A stretch of DNA of 63,992 bases, counting the filler, from an uncultured bacterium (GTDB lineage Bacteria > Hinthialibacterota > Hinthialibacteria > Hinthialibacterales > Hinthialibacteraceae): the NCBI GenBank assembly GCA_964449065.1. It is 10 parts of 10 records of this genome, joined end to end, with 100 filler letters (N's around TTAATTAATTAA, not from the genome) between each part and the next. Parts side by side here need not be neighbours in the genome. Positions count along the whole stretch, not along the records: positions 6,791 to 13,464 come from CAYVAZ010000294.1; positions 13,565 to 20,238 come from CAYVAZ010000295.1; positions 20,339 to 26,988 come from CAYVAZ010000296.1; 7 more parts are not named here. One strand, given 5' to 3'. Positions 11,107-21,131 of this stretch are shown piece by piece (the first letter of the stretch is position 1; the number at the start of each line of letters is the position of its first letter). The position numbers and the translations under genes are program-made. The notes below the pieces were generated by a model. That model did no database searches. It saw nothing but the letters and a program-made list of their open reading frames with translations, and was not told where the DNA came from.

Positions 11107-12012
11107 CTATCCTCCGATCTTGTTATAGGCTAATTCGATAAAGGGTTTTACTTGTTCGAAATCATCTTCGTTTGTTATTTTGAATTCTGAATTTCCCAAA
11201 CAACGGTATTCGATTTTGGATACATCACGATAAAATACAGGTGGAGATTTTATGCTATCCTTCTCTAACTTCAGATTTATTATTAGCCGATTCTTTGTCA
11301 TTCTTACCCATACAATGCTTTGTGAAGTTTTGTAAGCAATATATTGTTGTTTCGGAGCTTCCTGAAACGCTGGATCAAGACCGAGGATGTACTCTTTTAT
11401 GCTGTAAAAGAGAGATTGAATGTCTTGAGATTTACCTTGTAAATGTTGTTCAATGGTATGGTAAGCCTTTTTGCCTTCCTTATTTGTCTCTGTTGAGGTT
11501 GATGTCTTTGATGCTTGGTAGACTTCTTCTAGATAAAGTGAATTGTTTGTAAATAAACTATATTTCCACAATTCAATATTCGCCCCCATGACTTGCACCG
11601 CATGAAGGTCATATTTTTTGTAATTGGGAGCGATGCAGATTACGCGGACGTCAGACCAATCAACTTCAACGTTGTTTCCCAAAGCCTTTTGCACTGCGAT
11701 TTCATAATCTCCTTTATGGTCTTGTATCCAATGCAAATAAAACAGGCTCTGAGTAACTAGATCGGATGATTCCTTGATTTTATATTCGATAATGACTGGA
11801 TTATTATCTTCGGATAATGCAAGCGTATCGATTCGACCAGCATGGTCTTTGCCGGTGGAAAACTCTGATTCAACGAAACGGCAATTGAAAACGGTCTCAA
11901 GATTCTGCTCGATCAAATTTTGCAAATCTTTCTCAAAAGAAAATTTCTTCTTCTCAATGCGTCGAAGAGTTTTGTTTTGAATCTCAAATAACGGCATTTC
12001 TCTCATCCCCAA
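11107..12012 (-). CDS. NucS/PD-(D/E)XK-like endonuclease domain + DUF5655
   Basis: EKDLQ, GRIDTLAL...PVIIEYK, QSLFYL.W; C-terminal KQQYIAYK, RDVSKI..GNSE. Confidence 0.8.
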   Translation of the reverse strand: MGMREMPLFEIQNKTLRRIEKKKFSFEKDLQNLIEQNLETVFNCRFVESEFSTGKDHAGRIDTLALSEDNNPVIIEYKIKESSDLVTQSLFYLHWIQDHKGDYEIAVQKALGNNVEVDWSDVRVICIAPNYKKYDLHAVQVMGANIELWKYSLFTNNSLYLEEVYQASKTSTSTETNKEGKKAYHTIEQHLQGKSQDIQSLFYSIKEYILGLDPAFQEAPKQQYIAYKTSQSIVWVRMTKNRLIINLKLEKDSIKSPPVFYRDVSKIEYRCLGNSEFKITNEDDFEQVKPFIELAYNKIGG

Positions 12013-12092
12013 TCAGGCTGTAGCACATCTACAATGCTGCTATATGTTATATAATTTCTCACTCAAAGTTTACTGATAAGTGCGATTTTTTA

Positions 12093-13399
12093 ATGAACAA
12101 AAAGACACCATTCTTCCAATGGGAATTCACGCTCCCGGCATTGATCTTCATAGCAGCCGTCTTATGGCTGTTGTGGGGAATCATCGAGTCATGCGGGCGG
12201 GTGGTTTATCCGATTGATGACCCTTACATCCATCTGGCGATGGCNNNNNNNNNNNNNNNNNNNNNNNNNNNNNNNNNNNNNNNNNNNNNNNNNNNNNNNN
12301 NNNNNNNNNNNNNNNNNNNNNNNNNNNNNNNNNNNNNNNNNNNNTGGCGGTAATGCTGCGGTATGAATCGCTGTTCGTCGCGGCTCCGTTGGGATTAATT
12401 CTTGTCATGCAATCGCATTGGAAGCGTTTGATCTGTTTGGTTGCGGGGATGTGGCTGCCGGTGGTTTTGCTGGGCTGCTTATACCTCTCGCAGGGATGGT
12501 ATTTCTTCCCCAATTCCATCATCGTTAAAAGCGCGATCAGCACCCATGAAGCCAGCCTGTTTTTGGGCATCATCGATAGGTTATACAATCAAATCTACAC
12601 CAATCCCCATATTGCGGTTTTGTTTGTGGTATCGGCTGCGATCATGGTTGGGAATCTGCGTGAACAAAAATGGTATCAACAACCGCGAGCGGTTTGGTTG
12701 TTCATATTTCTTGTCACAACCGTTCTTCACTGCGCGACGGCATCAATGGGATGGTTCTTTCGGTACGAAAGCTATTTGCTGGCAACCGGTTTACTTGGTA
12801 TCGTTCCGTCTATCCATGATCTGGTGCAATCTCTTTTTGCGCGAAGGTTTGTATGGAAAGATTACATGATTCCCATACCGGTGAGCATTCTATTGGCCGG
12901 ATTATTAATTACACCCTTACATACCCAATTTCTCTCCATTCAAAAGATTGTGCCCGGGGCTAAAAATATTTATCATCAGCAATATCAAATGGGACGCTTT
13001 CTCAAAACGTATTACAATGAGGAGACGGTTGTGGCCAATGATATTGGCGCCATCAATTATTTGGCAAATATTTATTGTTTGGATATCATGGGACTCGGCA
13101 GCATGGAACCGCTGAAAGCCAAAGCCCGGGGACGACTTTCACCGGAGTTTATTGACGCGTGGGCCCGGTTAAAAAATGCGAACATCGCTGTAACGTATGC
13201 AAGTTGGTGGAAGGGTGCGGTACCGTCAACATGGATATTGGTGGGGACCTGGACGGTTCCGGAGAAGGTAACGGTCTCAGACCGGACGGTTTCGTTTTAC
13301 GCGTTGAATGGCGATGAAGCACAAAGAATAGCGTCGAATCTGCTTGCGTTTAAAACTAATTTACCGAATGATGTTGATGTACGATTGTATTTTCCATAA
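12093..13399 (+). CDS. Polytopic membrane protein, GT-C-like glycosyltransferase, interrupted by an N gap
   Basis: YPIDDPYIHLAMA after TM1; RYES, FFPNS..VK, NDIGAINY, DIMGLG. Confidence 0.6.
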
Positions 13400-13565
13400 A
13401 ACGTGTCTGAATTATTTATTAACTGACGTTACGCAAAATTCTATACGGTAGGTATTGTTGCGAGNNNNNNNNNNNNNNNNNNNNNNNNNNNNNNNNNNNN
13501 NNNNNNNNTTAATTAATTAANNNNNNNNNNNNNNNNNNNNNNNNNNNNNNNNNNNNNNNNNNNNG

Positions 13566-14387
13566 GACGGATTAATATGGGTCAAGAGTGGAGCCGACAA
13601 AAGAAAAGTGACATCCCGTGAAGAAATGCTGCGTTTGTTTCAAGAATCCGACCTTATTCATGCCGACGAAGTTCCGGTTGCAGGGACATCGGTTCAAGAT
13701 ATTGATCAACGGTATTTTGAGGAATTTTATCAACGTGTTTATCATGAGGAAATCGATCGGACTAAGATTTCTTGTTTGCAATTAATGGAAAACATGAATC
13801 TCGCAGCCAAGAGGAATTTGAATTTGGCGGGATTGTTATTGTTTGGAAAAAATCCACAGCGGTGGAAACCTGTTTTTGTTGTAAAGGCAGTATCTTTTCT
13901 GGGGAATAGCGTCACAACAAATCATTACCGTGATAGTGAAGACATTGGCGGAACGATCGCAATGATGTATAAAAATTCGGTTTCGTTTTTGACAAGAAAT
14001 TTGCGAAAGGTTCAGGGTAACAAGGGAATCAATTCTCTGGGAGAAATGGAAGTCCCTATCATCACATTGGAAGAGTTAGTGGTTAATACGCTGATTCATA
14101 GAGATTTTTTTATAAATTCGCCCTGGAAAATATTTATTTTTGATAACCGCATCGAATTAATCAGCCCCGGTCATTTGCCAAACAACTTAACTGTTGAGAA
14201 TATCAAAACGGGCAATTCAAACATCCGAAACGATGTGTTAGCCTCTTTCGCCACGAAAGAATTACCCTACCGCGGATTGGGGACGGGTATCATGCGGGCG
14301 TTGGAACATTATCCCCATATCGACTTTGACAACGATACCGATAACAACCGGTTTGTCTGCACGATTCACCGGCCGCGGCAACCTTAG
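13566..14387 (+). CDS. AlbA_2/Schlafen-associated RecG C-terminal (HATPase_c_4)-like protein, 5' partial
   Basis: Frame open to the contig edge (DGLIWVKSGADKRKVTSREE); EELVVNTLIHRDF, IFDNRIELISPGHLP, RN..LA, GLGTGI. Confidence 0.82.
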   Translation, partial: DGLIWVKSGADKRKVTSREEMLRLFQESDLIHADEVPVAGTSVQDIDQRYFEEFYQRVYHEEIDRTKISCLQLMENMNLAAKRNLNLAGLLLFGKNPQRWKPVFVVKAVSFLGNSVTTNHYRDSEDIGGTIAMMYKNSVSFLTRNLRKVQGNKGINSLGEMEVPIITLEELVVNTLIHRDFFINSPWKIFIFDNRIELISPGHLPNNLTVENIKTGNSNIRNDVLASFATKELPYRGLGTGIMRALEHYPHIDFDNDTDNNRFVCTIHRPRQP

Positions 14388-14498
14388 CGCCTTTCAGAGT
14401 TGGATAGACAGAATCTGTCGTTGTTTCCCCCCTTATTAAGGGGGGTAGGGGGGATCAAAGACGATCTCATTCTATCTACGCAAACCTGAATAGCTCTA
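14385..14498. mobile_element. MITE-like element with TAGAGC/GCTCTA-type imperfect terminal inverted repeats (copy 1)
   Basis: TAGCGCCTTTCAGAGTTGGATAG...CTACGCAAACCTGAATAGCTCTA; same ends at 26817-26910, 27208-27302 and degenerate 33489-33578. Confidence 0.78.
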
Positions 14499-14515
14499 AT
14501 CATGACATAAAAAAA

Positions 14516-15118
14516 TTACACTCTTGATTGAATGAATTTCAGTCCGTCATCAAATTGCGGAATCATGGTGCAGTTGTATTGCTTCAGTTCTTCGGTGATG
14601 GCGGGGTTATTGAAATCTTTTGAGTTTCGGTTCAAAAAACAGCTGATTCGCGGTTGATTTTGCTTGAGATGATCTATGACAGATGAATAAACAAATGCAT
14701 CTTGTGGAGAGAGATTGTATAGCGATTCAAAGTGCGAAGATTCTCTCAAAATCGTTTCTGTTAGCGGTATGATATTGGAGGTGTTTAATAAATTATCACG
14801 GATAATAGCGAATCGCATCATATCTTCTTTGATACTTTCCATCAAAAACCCGTAAGCATCTGAAAACGTCAATACTCTATTCTTGTATGAAGAAGTTCGA
14901 AAAAGTTGGTTTAATTCTTGTTTAAGTTTTCTGTATAACTCTTCGCGGTTTTTTTCTAGGCGAGTCAGCGTCTCATGTGGTTCAGCAAGACTGTACGCTG
15001 GTATGAACAAACTTGCTTCATTTGTATTGCATACCTGCATTACTTGTTCACAGCTTTCATGCTGTTCTTGTTCCAATATCAGTTCCAATACGAAGTTAGT
15101 TTCCGCGTAAACATTCAC
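14516..15118 (-). CDS. PIN domain protein
   Basis: VYAETNFVLE, IPAYSLAE, LSPQDAFVYSSV, FLNRNSKDF. Confidence 0.8.
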   Translation of the reverse strand: MNVYAETNFVLELILEQEQHESCEQVMQVCNTNEASLFIPAYSLAEPHETLTRLEKNREELYRKLKQELNQLFRTSSYKNRVLTFSDAYGFLMESIKEDMMRFAIIRDNLLNTSNIIPLTETILRESSHFESLYNLSPQDAFVYSSVIDHLKQNQPRISCFLNRNSKDFNNPAITEELKQYNCTMIPQFDDGLKFIQSRV

Positions 15119-15627
15119 ACCAAAGCCTCATCTACTAGCGTGCCATTTGCAATAACTTCATAGAGACCTGAATCGATGGCCCATTGTTCGTAAGGTTCTA
15201 AATCTTCTGGTTTCTTCACAATCAAAAACCCAAGCCAGGCTGAGAAGATCATTTCAAGTCCATCATTTCCGATTTGGTCTGCCGTATATTTTGTATTTCT
15301 CAGGTAGGGATGAAAAATTGGATTCGCATCCACAACATAAGTCGGTTCAACCGGTTCAGGGCTGGCGGGTACGTCTTTCCATAAGAAAAAACGGTCGGGG
15401 AACGCAAACATAAAGAAGAGGGGATTCAGCAAAGTCTTATCGGTCATGAGATTGCGCCGGTATTGCGATGCCCACTCAATCGGCGCATTGAGTTTGTTTT
15501 TCACTTCCACACCTAGAACCAGTTGATCGTTCCGGTCAAATACCTCTAAATCCCATCGTTGCCTCATGATGATATCCTCAAGAAAGTTTCCTAATCTGTT
15601 TTCTATTATATCATGAATTGTTCTCAT
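15115..15627 (-). CDS. Hypothetical protein with PD-(D/E)XK-like motif, translationally coupled to PIN; start may be about 15567
   Basis: WDLEVFD...LGVEVK; 4-nt overlap with the PIN gene. Confidence 0.65.
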   Translation of the reverse strand: MRTIHDIIENRLGNFLEDIIMRQRWDLEVFDRNDQLVLGVEVKNKLNAPIEWASQYRRNLMTDKTLLNPLFFMFAFPDRFFLWKDVPASPEPVEPTYVVDANPIFHPYLRNTKYTADQIGNDGLEMIFSAWLGFLIVKKPEDLEPYEQWAIDSGLYEVIANGTLVDEALV

Positions 15628-15650
15628 AAAGAAAACAGTTATGGTCCGGT

Positions 15651-16910
15651 TTACCTCACCACCAGCGGTTGCGAATACGCCATCTCGAATTTCTCCGTCT
15701 CAATTGGATTTTCTTTTGGTTTATCCGACATAATTTTGGCGCGGACATACAACTCATCGCCATTGGCGGTGTATGAAGCCGTAGTGCCTTCTACCTCTTT
15801 TAATACAATTCCGATTTCATTACTGTACTTCATGGAGGTATACACATCATCGCTGCTGGTGCGCGGTTTGCCTACCAGGTTTACTCCCTTTTTGGTGCCG
15901 ATGAACTGAATGGTGTAGTTCACGCCTTCTTCTTCATCCACTGCAAGCGAAAGCGTTCTGCCCTCCATTTTGACGTCTTTGAGGGTGACGCCTGTGCTAA
16001 TGTAAAAGTCGCCGCGCTTCATGGCTTCGGTGATGGTATTGGGTGTGAGGCGTTTGGCGCGAACCATCACCCAGCCGCGGCCATAGTTGCTGTGGCTGCT
16101 GCTGAGATCCATATAGTTGTGGGTGTCGTCGCTCCCAACTCCATAAATCACATCCATATCAAACTCGCCCAGGCGTTTGGCCAAGGTGATATCCCACATG
16201 CGCTCGGAAGAGGGATGCAAGTCATTGCCGAAGTTGTTGACGCTGGGGTGGCCGTTAAAGATTTCGAAGAAGGATTTGCCTTTGACATCCCAAAAGTCTT
16301 CGACACGGTTGCTGTAATGAAAGTTGGGGTGGTTTAAATGCGCGAACATGGGCTGTTGGAATTCCATGCTTTGCGCCCGTACCGCGTTGATGTTGTTTTT
16401 GATGGCGTTGGCGACATTGTTCCCACCGCGCGGCATGATGAGTTCAATCAGGTTCACGCCATTCACATGAACCGGACGTCCTTCTACACCATCGGTGATT
16501 TCTTCGCCGGGGATAAAGATAAATTCGCCCGCTTCTTCAAACAGGGCGCGGTATTCGGCCAGAGGTTTCAGTTTGACTTCATGGCGGCCGGGGGATTTGC
16601 GTTCTTCCACCCAGTCTTCGCCGAAGAGGTTTTTGTATTTCTCCAACGCCAACTGATGGGTTGGGGTACGCAGGCGGTACCATTTGACTCCTTCGGCCAT
16701 AACGTTGTGTTCGCTGAGCACCAGAAAGTTGTAGCCGTTGGATTTGTACCAATCGGCGGCGATTTCAGGCGGGGCGTCTCCGTCGCTCCACCATGTGTGG
16801 GTGTGGGTGTTGCCTTTCCACCAGCGTATTTCTCCTTGATATTCGTTTGCAATAGCCGGAGTCGAAATTGTGAGAAGGATTCCAGTAAGTAAAATCAATA
16901 GACGGTTCAT
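15651..16910 (-). CDS. Secreted PHP-family metallohydrolase
   Basis: Signal peptide; KGNTHTHT..SDG, SEHN, GEEIT, NHPNF, EIFNGH, SDDTH. Confidence 0.85.
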   Translation of the reverse strand: MNRLLILLTGILLTISTPAIANEYQGEIRWWKGNTHTHTWWSDGDAPPEIAADWYKSNGYNFLVLSEHNVMAEGVKWYRLRTPTHQLALEKYKNLFGEDWVEERKSPGRHEVKLKPLAEYRALFEEAGEFIFIPGEEITDGVEGRPVHVNGVNLIELIMPRGGNNVANAIKNNINAVRAQSMEFQQPMFAHLNHPNFHYSNRVEDFWDVKGKSFFEIFNGHPSVNNFGNDLHPSSERMWDITLAKRLGEFDMDVIYGVGSDDTHNYMDLSSSHSNYGRGWVMVRAKRLTPNTITEAMKRGDFYISTGVTLKDVKMEGRTLSLAVDEEEGVNYTIQFIGTKKGVNLVGKPRTSSDDVYTSMKYSNEIGIVLKEVEGTTASYTANGDELYVRAKIMSDKPKENPIETEKFEMAYSQPLVVR

Positions 16911-17021
16911 GTTCCATTCCTCTTATACTTGAATTGTAGTAAAACGTATTATGTCAAAGTTTTACCATTTAGTGAATTCAACCGGAAACGATTAGCGAAC
17001 TTTTAATTGAAGGAGAAAATC

Positions 17022-17495
17022 ATGGAAAAAGTCATGTTTGGCGCGGGATGCTTTTGGGGTGTGGAATCCTCGTTCCGCGGCGTAAACGGTGTGATTGATG
17101 CCCCTTGCGGCTACAGCGGCGGACACAAGTCGAATCCTACCTATAAAGAAGTATGCACGGGCACGACCGGCCATGCCGAAGTGGTTGAGGTGGAGTATGA
17201 TCCCTCAGTGGTATCGTTTGATCATCTGCTGGATGTGTTTTTCAAGATTCACAACCCCACCACCCGCGATCAGCAAGGGCCGGATGTGGGCTCCCAATAC
17301 CGTTCGGCAATCTATTTCACCACTCCGGAACAAGAAGCGGCTGCCAAAAAGAAAATGGAAGAGTTGGAACAAAAAGGGCGCTTTCTCAATCCCATCGTAA
17401 CTGAAGTCGCTCCCGCGAAAACCTTTTGGCGTGCGGAAGAATACCATCAGCGCTATAATGAAAAACATAACCGGGCTTCTTGTCATGTGATTTAA
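17022..17495 (+). CDS. msrA: Peptide methionine sulfoxide reductase A
   Basis: GAGCFWGVE, TGHAEVV, QGPDVGSQYRS, AEEYHQRY; AAGGAG SD before ATG 17022. Confidence 0.96.
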   Translation: MEKVMFGAGCFWGVESSFRGVNGVIDAPCGYSGGHKSNPTYKEVCTGTTGHAEVVEVEYDPSVVSFDHLLDVFFKIHNPTTRDQQGPDVGSQYRSAIYFTTPEQEAAAKKKMEELEQKGRFLNPIVTEVAPAKTFWRAEEYHQRYNEKHNRASCHVI

Positions 17496-17535
17496 GTTTT
17501 TGTCTGCGTTATGTATTCCACACAAAGGATATACC

Positions 17536-19650
17536 ATGAAACATTCACTCAACATAGTTCTGTATTTATTTGTAGGAGCGTTATTCGTGAACAGCCAAAC
17601 TCTTGATTATCCCAAAGCGCGTAAAGGCGATGTAGTCGATGATTATCACGGCACCAAGGTCGCCGATCCTTACCGCTGGTTGGAAGACCCGGATTCGGAA
17701 GAAACGCTTGAATGGGTGGAAGCCAATAATGAAATCACCCGTAAATATTTAGAATCCATACCATCGCGGGAAAAAATCGAAGAGCGTTTGACGGAGATTT
17801 GGGATTACCCCAAGTATTCCGCCCCATCAAAAAAAGGCGAATGGTATGTCTTCTCCAAAAATGACGGCCTGCAAAATCAGAGCGTGATGTACCGGCAAAA
17901 AACATTGGATAGCGAGCCGGAAGTTGTGATTGATCCCAATAAATTAAGTGAAGACGGTACCATTGCGCTCAGTGGGACGTATTTTAGCGATGACGGCAAT
18001 TTGTTGGTCTATGGCACTTCCAGCAGCGGCAGCGATTGGAAGGAACTCCATATCCGTGACCTGCGAACCGGAGAGGATTATGACGAAGTCTTGCAGTGGG
18101 TGAAGTTTTCCGGTGCCGCGTGGAAGCATGATAACTCCGGTTTCTATTACAGCCGCTATCCGCTTTCGGAAGACGATAAATACGAAGCGCAAAACACATT
18201 TAATAAATTGTATTGGCATAAACTGGGCACTCCCCAATCGGACGATGTTTTGGTGTATGAACGGCCGGATGAAGAGCACTATAGCTTTCGACCCTACATT
18301 ACGGATGATGGGGATTATTTGCTGCTGAATGTGGGGTATCCGGATTTTGCCACCAGCCGCTATTACGTGCGCCGGGTGGAGAGCGGCGGCGATTTTATCC
18401 GCCTGTTGGATCAAGCGGATGCCATGTATTCGTATGCCGGTAACGAAGGGGATTTGTTTTATTTCAAGACCGATCTTGACGCCCCCAACAGCAAACTGGT
18501 CGCGATTGATATTGATAAACCCGAACCGGAGCATTGGAAAACCATTATCCCTGAGCAATTGAACGTGATGGATTCGGTATTTTTGATCAAGGATATGTTC
18601 GTGGTGCGGTGGAAGAAAGACGCGCATCATGTTTTGACGCTCTACAGCAAAGAAGGAAAAATGATCAAAGAGATCGATCTGACCTCGTTGGGTACGGTTG
18701 GTTTCAGTTCAACCAAACAGGATGCGGATGAGTTTTTCTATTCGTTCACTTCGTTTTTGTATCCGGCCTCTATATACCGCTATAATTTTAAACGCGGTGA
18801 GAGTGAGTTGATTCGCGAAACCGAAATCGATTTTGATGCGTCAAAATATGTCACCAAGCAAGTGTTTTATCCATCCAAGGATGGCACCAAAATCCCGATG
18901 TTTATCACGCATAAAAACGATATTGAATTGGATGGTAAAAATCCCACATTGCTTTATGGATATGGCGGCTTTGATATCAGCTTGATGCCTTCGTTTTCGA
19001 TTTCGCGTACATTTTGGATGGAACAGGGCGGCGTGTTTGCACTCGCCAATTTGCGCGGCGGTTCGGAATACGGCCGTTCCTGGCATGAAGCGGGGATGCT
19101 GGAGAAGAAGCAGAATGTGTTTGACGACTTTCATGCCGCGGCGGAATATTTGATTAAGAGCAAATACACAAGTTCAGAGAAATTGGCAATCCAAGGAGGC
19201 AGCAATGGGGGGCTATTGGTCGCCGCTTGTATGCTGCAAAGGCCGGATTTGTACGGCGCGGTGCATTGCGCTGTTCCGGTAATTGATATGCTGCGCTTTC
19301 ACAAATTCACCATTGGCTATTATTGGACAGGTGAATTTGGCAACGCGGAAGAGAACCCAGAACACTTTGAGTTTATGTATGTCTACTCCCCTTTGCATAA
19401 TGTGAAAGAGGGCGAAAGTTACCCACCGGTTTTGGTCACCGCTGCGGATACCGATGACCGGGTGGTGCCCAGCCACGCGAAGAAGTTTGTTGCGACTCTG
19501 CATGAAAAAGCCGCGAAAGAGAACCCCATCTTGCTGCGAATTGAAACCAAAGCGGGGCATGGGGCTGGTAAGCCGACATCCAAACGGATCGAAGAAACAG
19601 CGGATGTGTATGCGTTTTTGTTCGAGCAGTTTAATATGGAAGTGAAGTGA
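17536..19650 (+). CDS. Prolyl oligopeptidase (S9A), secreted
   Basis: DPYRWLED, YGYGGF, GGSNGGLL, DDRVVP.H, AGHGAGK; N-terminal signal peptide. Confidence 0.95.
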   Translation: MKHSLNIVLYLFVGALFVNSQTLDYPKARKGDVVDDYHGTKVADPYRWLEDPDSEETLEWVEANNEITRKYLESIPSREKIEERLTEIWDYPKYSAPSKKGEWYVFSKNDGLQNQSVMYRQKTLDSEPEVVIDPNKLSEDGTIALSGTYFSDDGNLLVYGTSSSGSDWKELHIRDLRTGEDYDEVLQWVKFSGAAWKHDNSGFYYSRYPLSEDDKYEAQNTFNKLYWHKLGTPQSDDVLVYERPDEEHYSFRPYITDDGDYLLLNVGYPDFATSRYYVRRVESGGDFIRLLDQADAMYSYAGNEGDLFYFKTDLDAPNSKLVAIDIDKPEPEHWKTIIPEQLNVMDSVFLIKDMFVVRWKKDAHHVLTLYSKEGKMIKEIDLTSLGTVGFSSTKQDADEFFYSFTSFLYPASIYRYNFKRGESELIRETEIDFDASKYVTKQVFYPSKDGTKIPMFITHKNDIELDGKNPTLLYGYGGFDISLMPSFSISRTFWMEQGGVFALANLRGGSEYGRSWHEAGMLEKKQNVFDDFHAAAEYLIKSKYTSSEKLAIQGGSNGGLLVAACMLQRPDLYGAVHCAVPVIDMLRFHKFTIGYYWTGEFGNAEENPEHFEFMYVYSPLHNVKEGESYPPVLVTAADTDDRVVPSHAKKFVATLHEKAAKENPILLRIETKAGHGAGKPTSKRIEETADVYAFLFEQFNMEVK

Positions 19651-19830
19651 TATAACAAAACGTTAAAACCTGCCTTATAAAGCAATAATCATAGCAGCGA
19701 TTAATGTAATACATAAATCCACAGAAGTTGCTCTCTGATTTGTTTTATTACAAGAATCAGGCTAATCCCTATATACATAGAATCATCCTGGAAATATATT
19801 CCATAAATATATCGTTCTATGAGGTGATTA

Positions 19831-20115
19831 ATGTCGAAGCATTCTGTAGAATCTATGGTGAATATGTTGGCCGCTATTGAAGCGGATATGCTGTTTCATA
19901 AGCATGGATTTTATGGCGCTTTGCAGCAAATCGGCCATGTGGAGTCCTTCCACGCATCGGTTTTGCTGTCAAAATCACTCAAGACGTTTGAAACCAAATT
20001 TTGGGAGCGGGTACGTTTGTTTATCGAAATCAAACACCCCGAAATGCTGGATCCGGAACCGGCTGAGAATGAACCGTTTCCGTTTGAGGATGCCGAATTG
20101 GATGAGTTTAAGTAA
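19831..20115 (+). CDS. Small hypothetical protein with acidic tail
   Basis: GAGGTG SD, ATG start; no recognised motif. Confidence 0.55.
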   Translation: MSKHSVESMVNMLAAIEADMLFHKHGFYGALQQIGHVESFHASVLLSKSLKTFETKFWERVRLFIEIKHPEMLDPEPAENEPFPFEDAELDEFK

Positions 20116-20381
20116 TTTTTATTTAGTTGTTATTGGAAAGAATATCTGCATCCAACCTATCTTTTTCTCTATTCGTTGAACGTTTATTTTTTATGAGGTA
20201 TTCTTTAGAAATGAGTGGTACAATATTGCCATTCGATCNNNNNNNNNNNNNNNNNNNNNNNNNNNNNNNNNNNNNNNNNNNNTTAATTAATTAANNNNNN
20301 NNNNNNNNNNNNNNNNNNNNNNNNNNNNNNNNNNNNNNTCCCCATGACGCAGTAGCGTAATTAGAGGTTTATTCCTCCCGA

Positions 20382-20418
20382 CCCCTCACCCCGGCCCTCT
20401 CCCGGTGGGAGAGGGTGA
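20382..20418. repeat. REP-like palindrome
   Basis: CCCCTCACCCCGGCCCTCTCCCGGTGGGAGAGGG, a widespread bacterial hairpin repeat type; near a contig end. Confidence 0.7.
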
Positions 20419-20594
20419 TAGATTAAGCGAACGATTAGAAAAATGGGCATATCATAATGTAGTGCGTAACGTGAGTTACTAATGTAATACTAAAAATCTT
20501 TTCAAAATTTTACATTTTTTATAATTTCTTTAATTCAAATTGATTTTTCATGCCCGATCTACTATAATGGTTTATCGAATCCCGGAGACAAACC

Positions 20595-21131
20595 ATGGAT
20601 ATCTTTTCTGAAATCATATTCTTTTTCTTTAGTTCCATACCGGATTTATACGTCCAGGACTTTCAATTTGGCGGTGATTCCCCTAAATTTTTTGACAATA
20701 AAGGGATGGATCCCCAGATTTTGGTCTGGATACTTGTATCACTTGCTTTAATCATTTTTGGATTGGTATATGGCCTGCACCGGTACAACAAATGGAAAAA
20801 ATTTAAAGCGTTTGAAGATGAAATGCGTACGTTGGATTTGAATCCGGACGATGAAAGTACCTTTGCAGGTATGGTGAAACGCTTTGAAATGGAAGAACCC
20901 GTAAATGTTCTGATGTCTGCGAGACTGTTTGATGAAATGGCCACTAAAGAAATTGAAAAAGTTTTAGGAAGCTCCGGCTCAAAAAGTTCAAAAGAAAATT
21001 TTATTCAACAGGTTTACCGCATCCGCACCAAAACCTATCATCCCGATTGGCTGCGCACGAACGAGATGGAAGTTCCCGTCTTATCCGCCCGGCATCCGAA
21101 AGACGCGGAAAGCGAAATGGCAGTCAGTTAA
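20595..21131 (+). CDS. Single-TM hypothetical protein
   Basis: GGAG SD; TM ILVWILVSLALIIFGLVYGL followed by a helical cytoplasmic domain. Confidence 0.7.
   Translation: MDIFSEIIFFFFSSIPDLYVQDFQFGGDSPKFFDNKGMDPQILVWILVSLALIIFGLVYGLHRYNKWKKFKAFEDEMRTLDLNPDDESTFAGMVKRFEMEEPVNVLMSARLFDEMATKEIEKVLGSSGSKSSKENFIQQVYRIRTKTYHPDWLRTNEMEVPVLSARHPKDAESEMAVS

Noticed and set aside
20535..20560. Other sigma28-like CCGAT sites (also near 40910, 43570, 47316)
   Set aside because: The -35 element is missing or the spacing is wrong
21081..21131. 51-nt convergent overlap of two genes
   Set aside because: Short tail-to-tail overlaps are common; no sign of function
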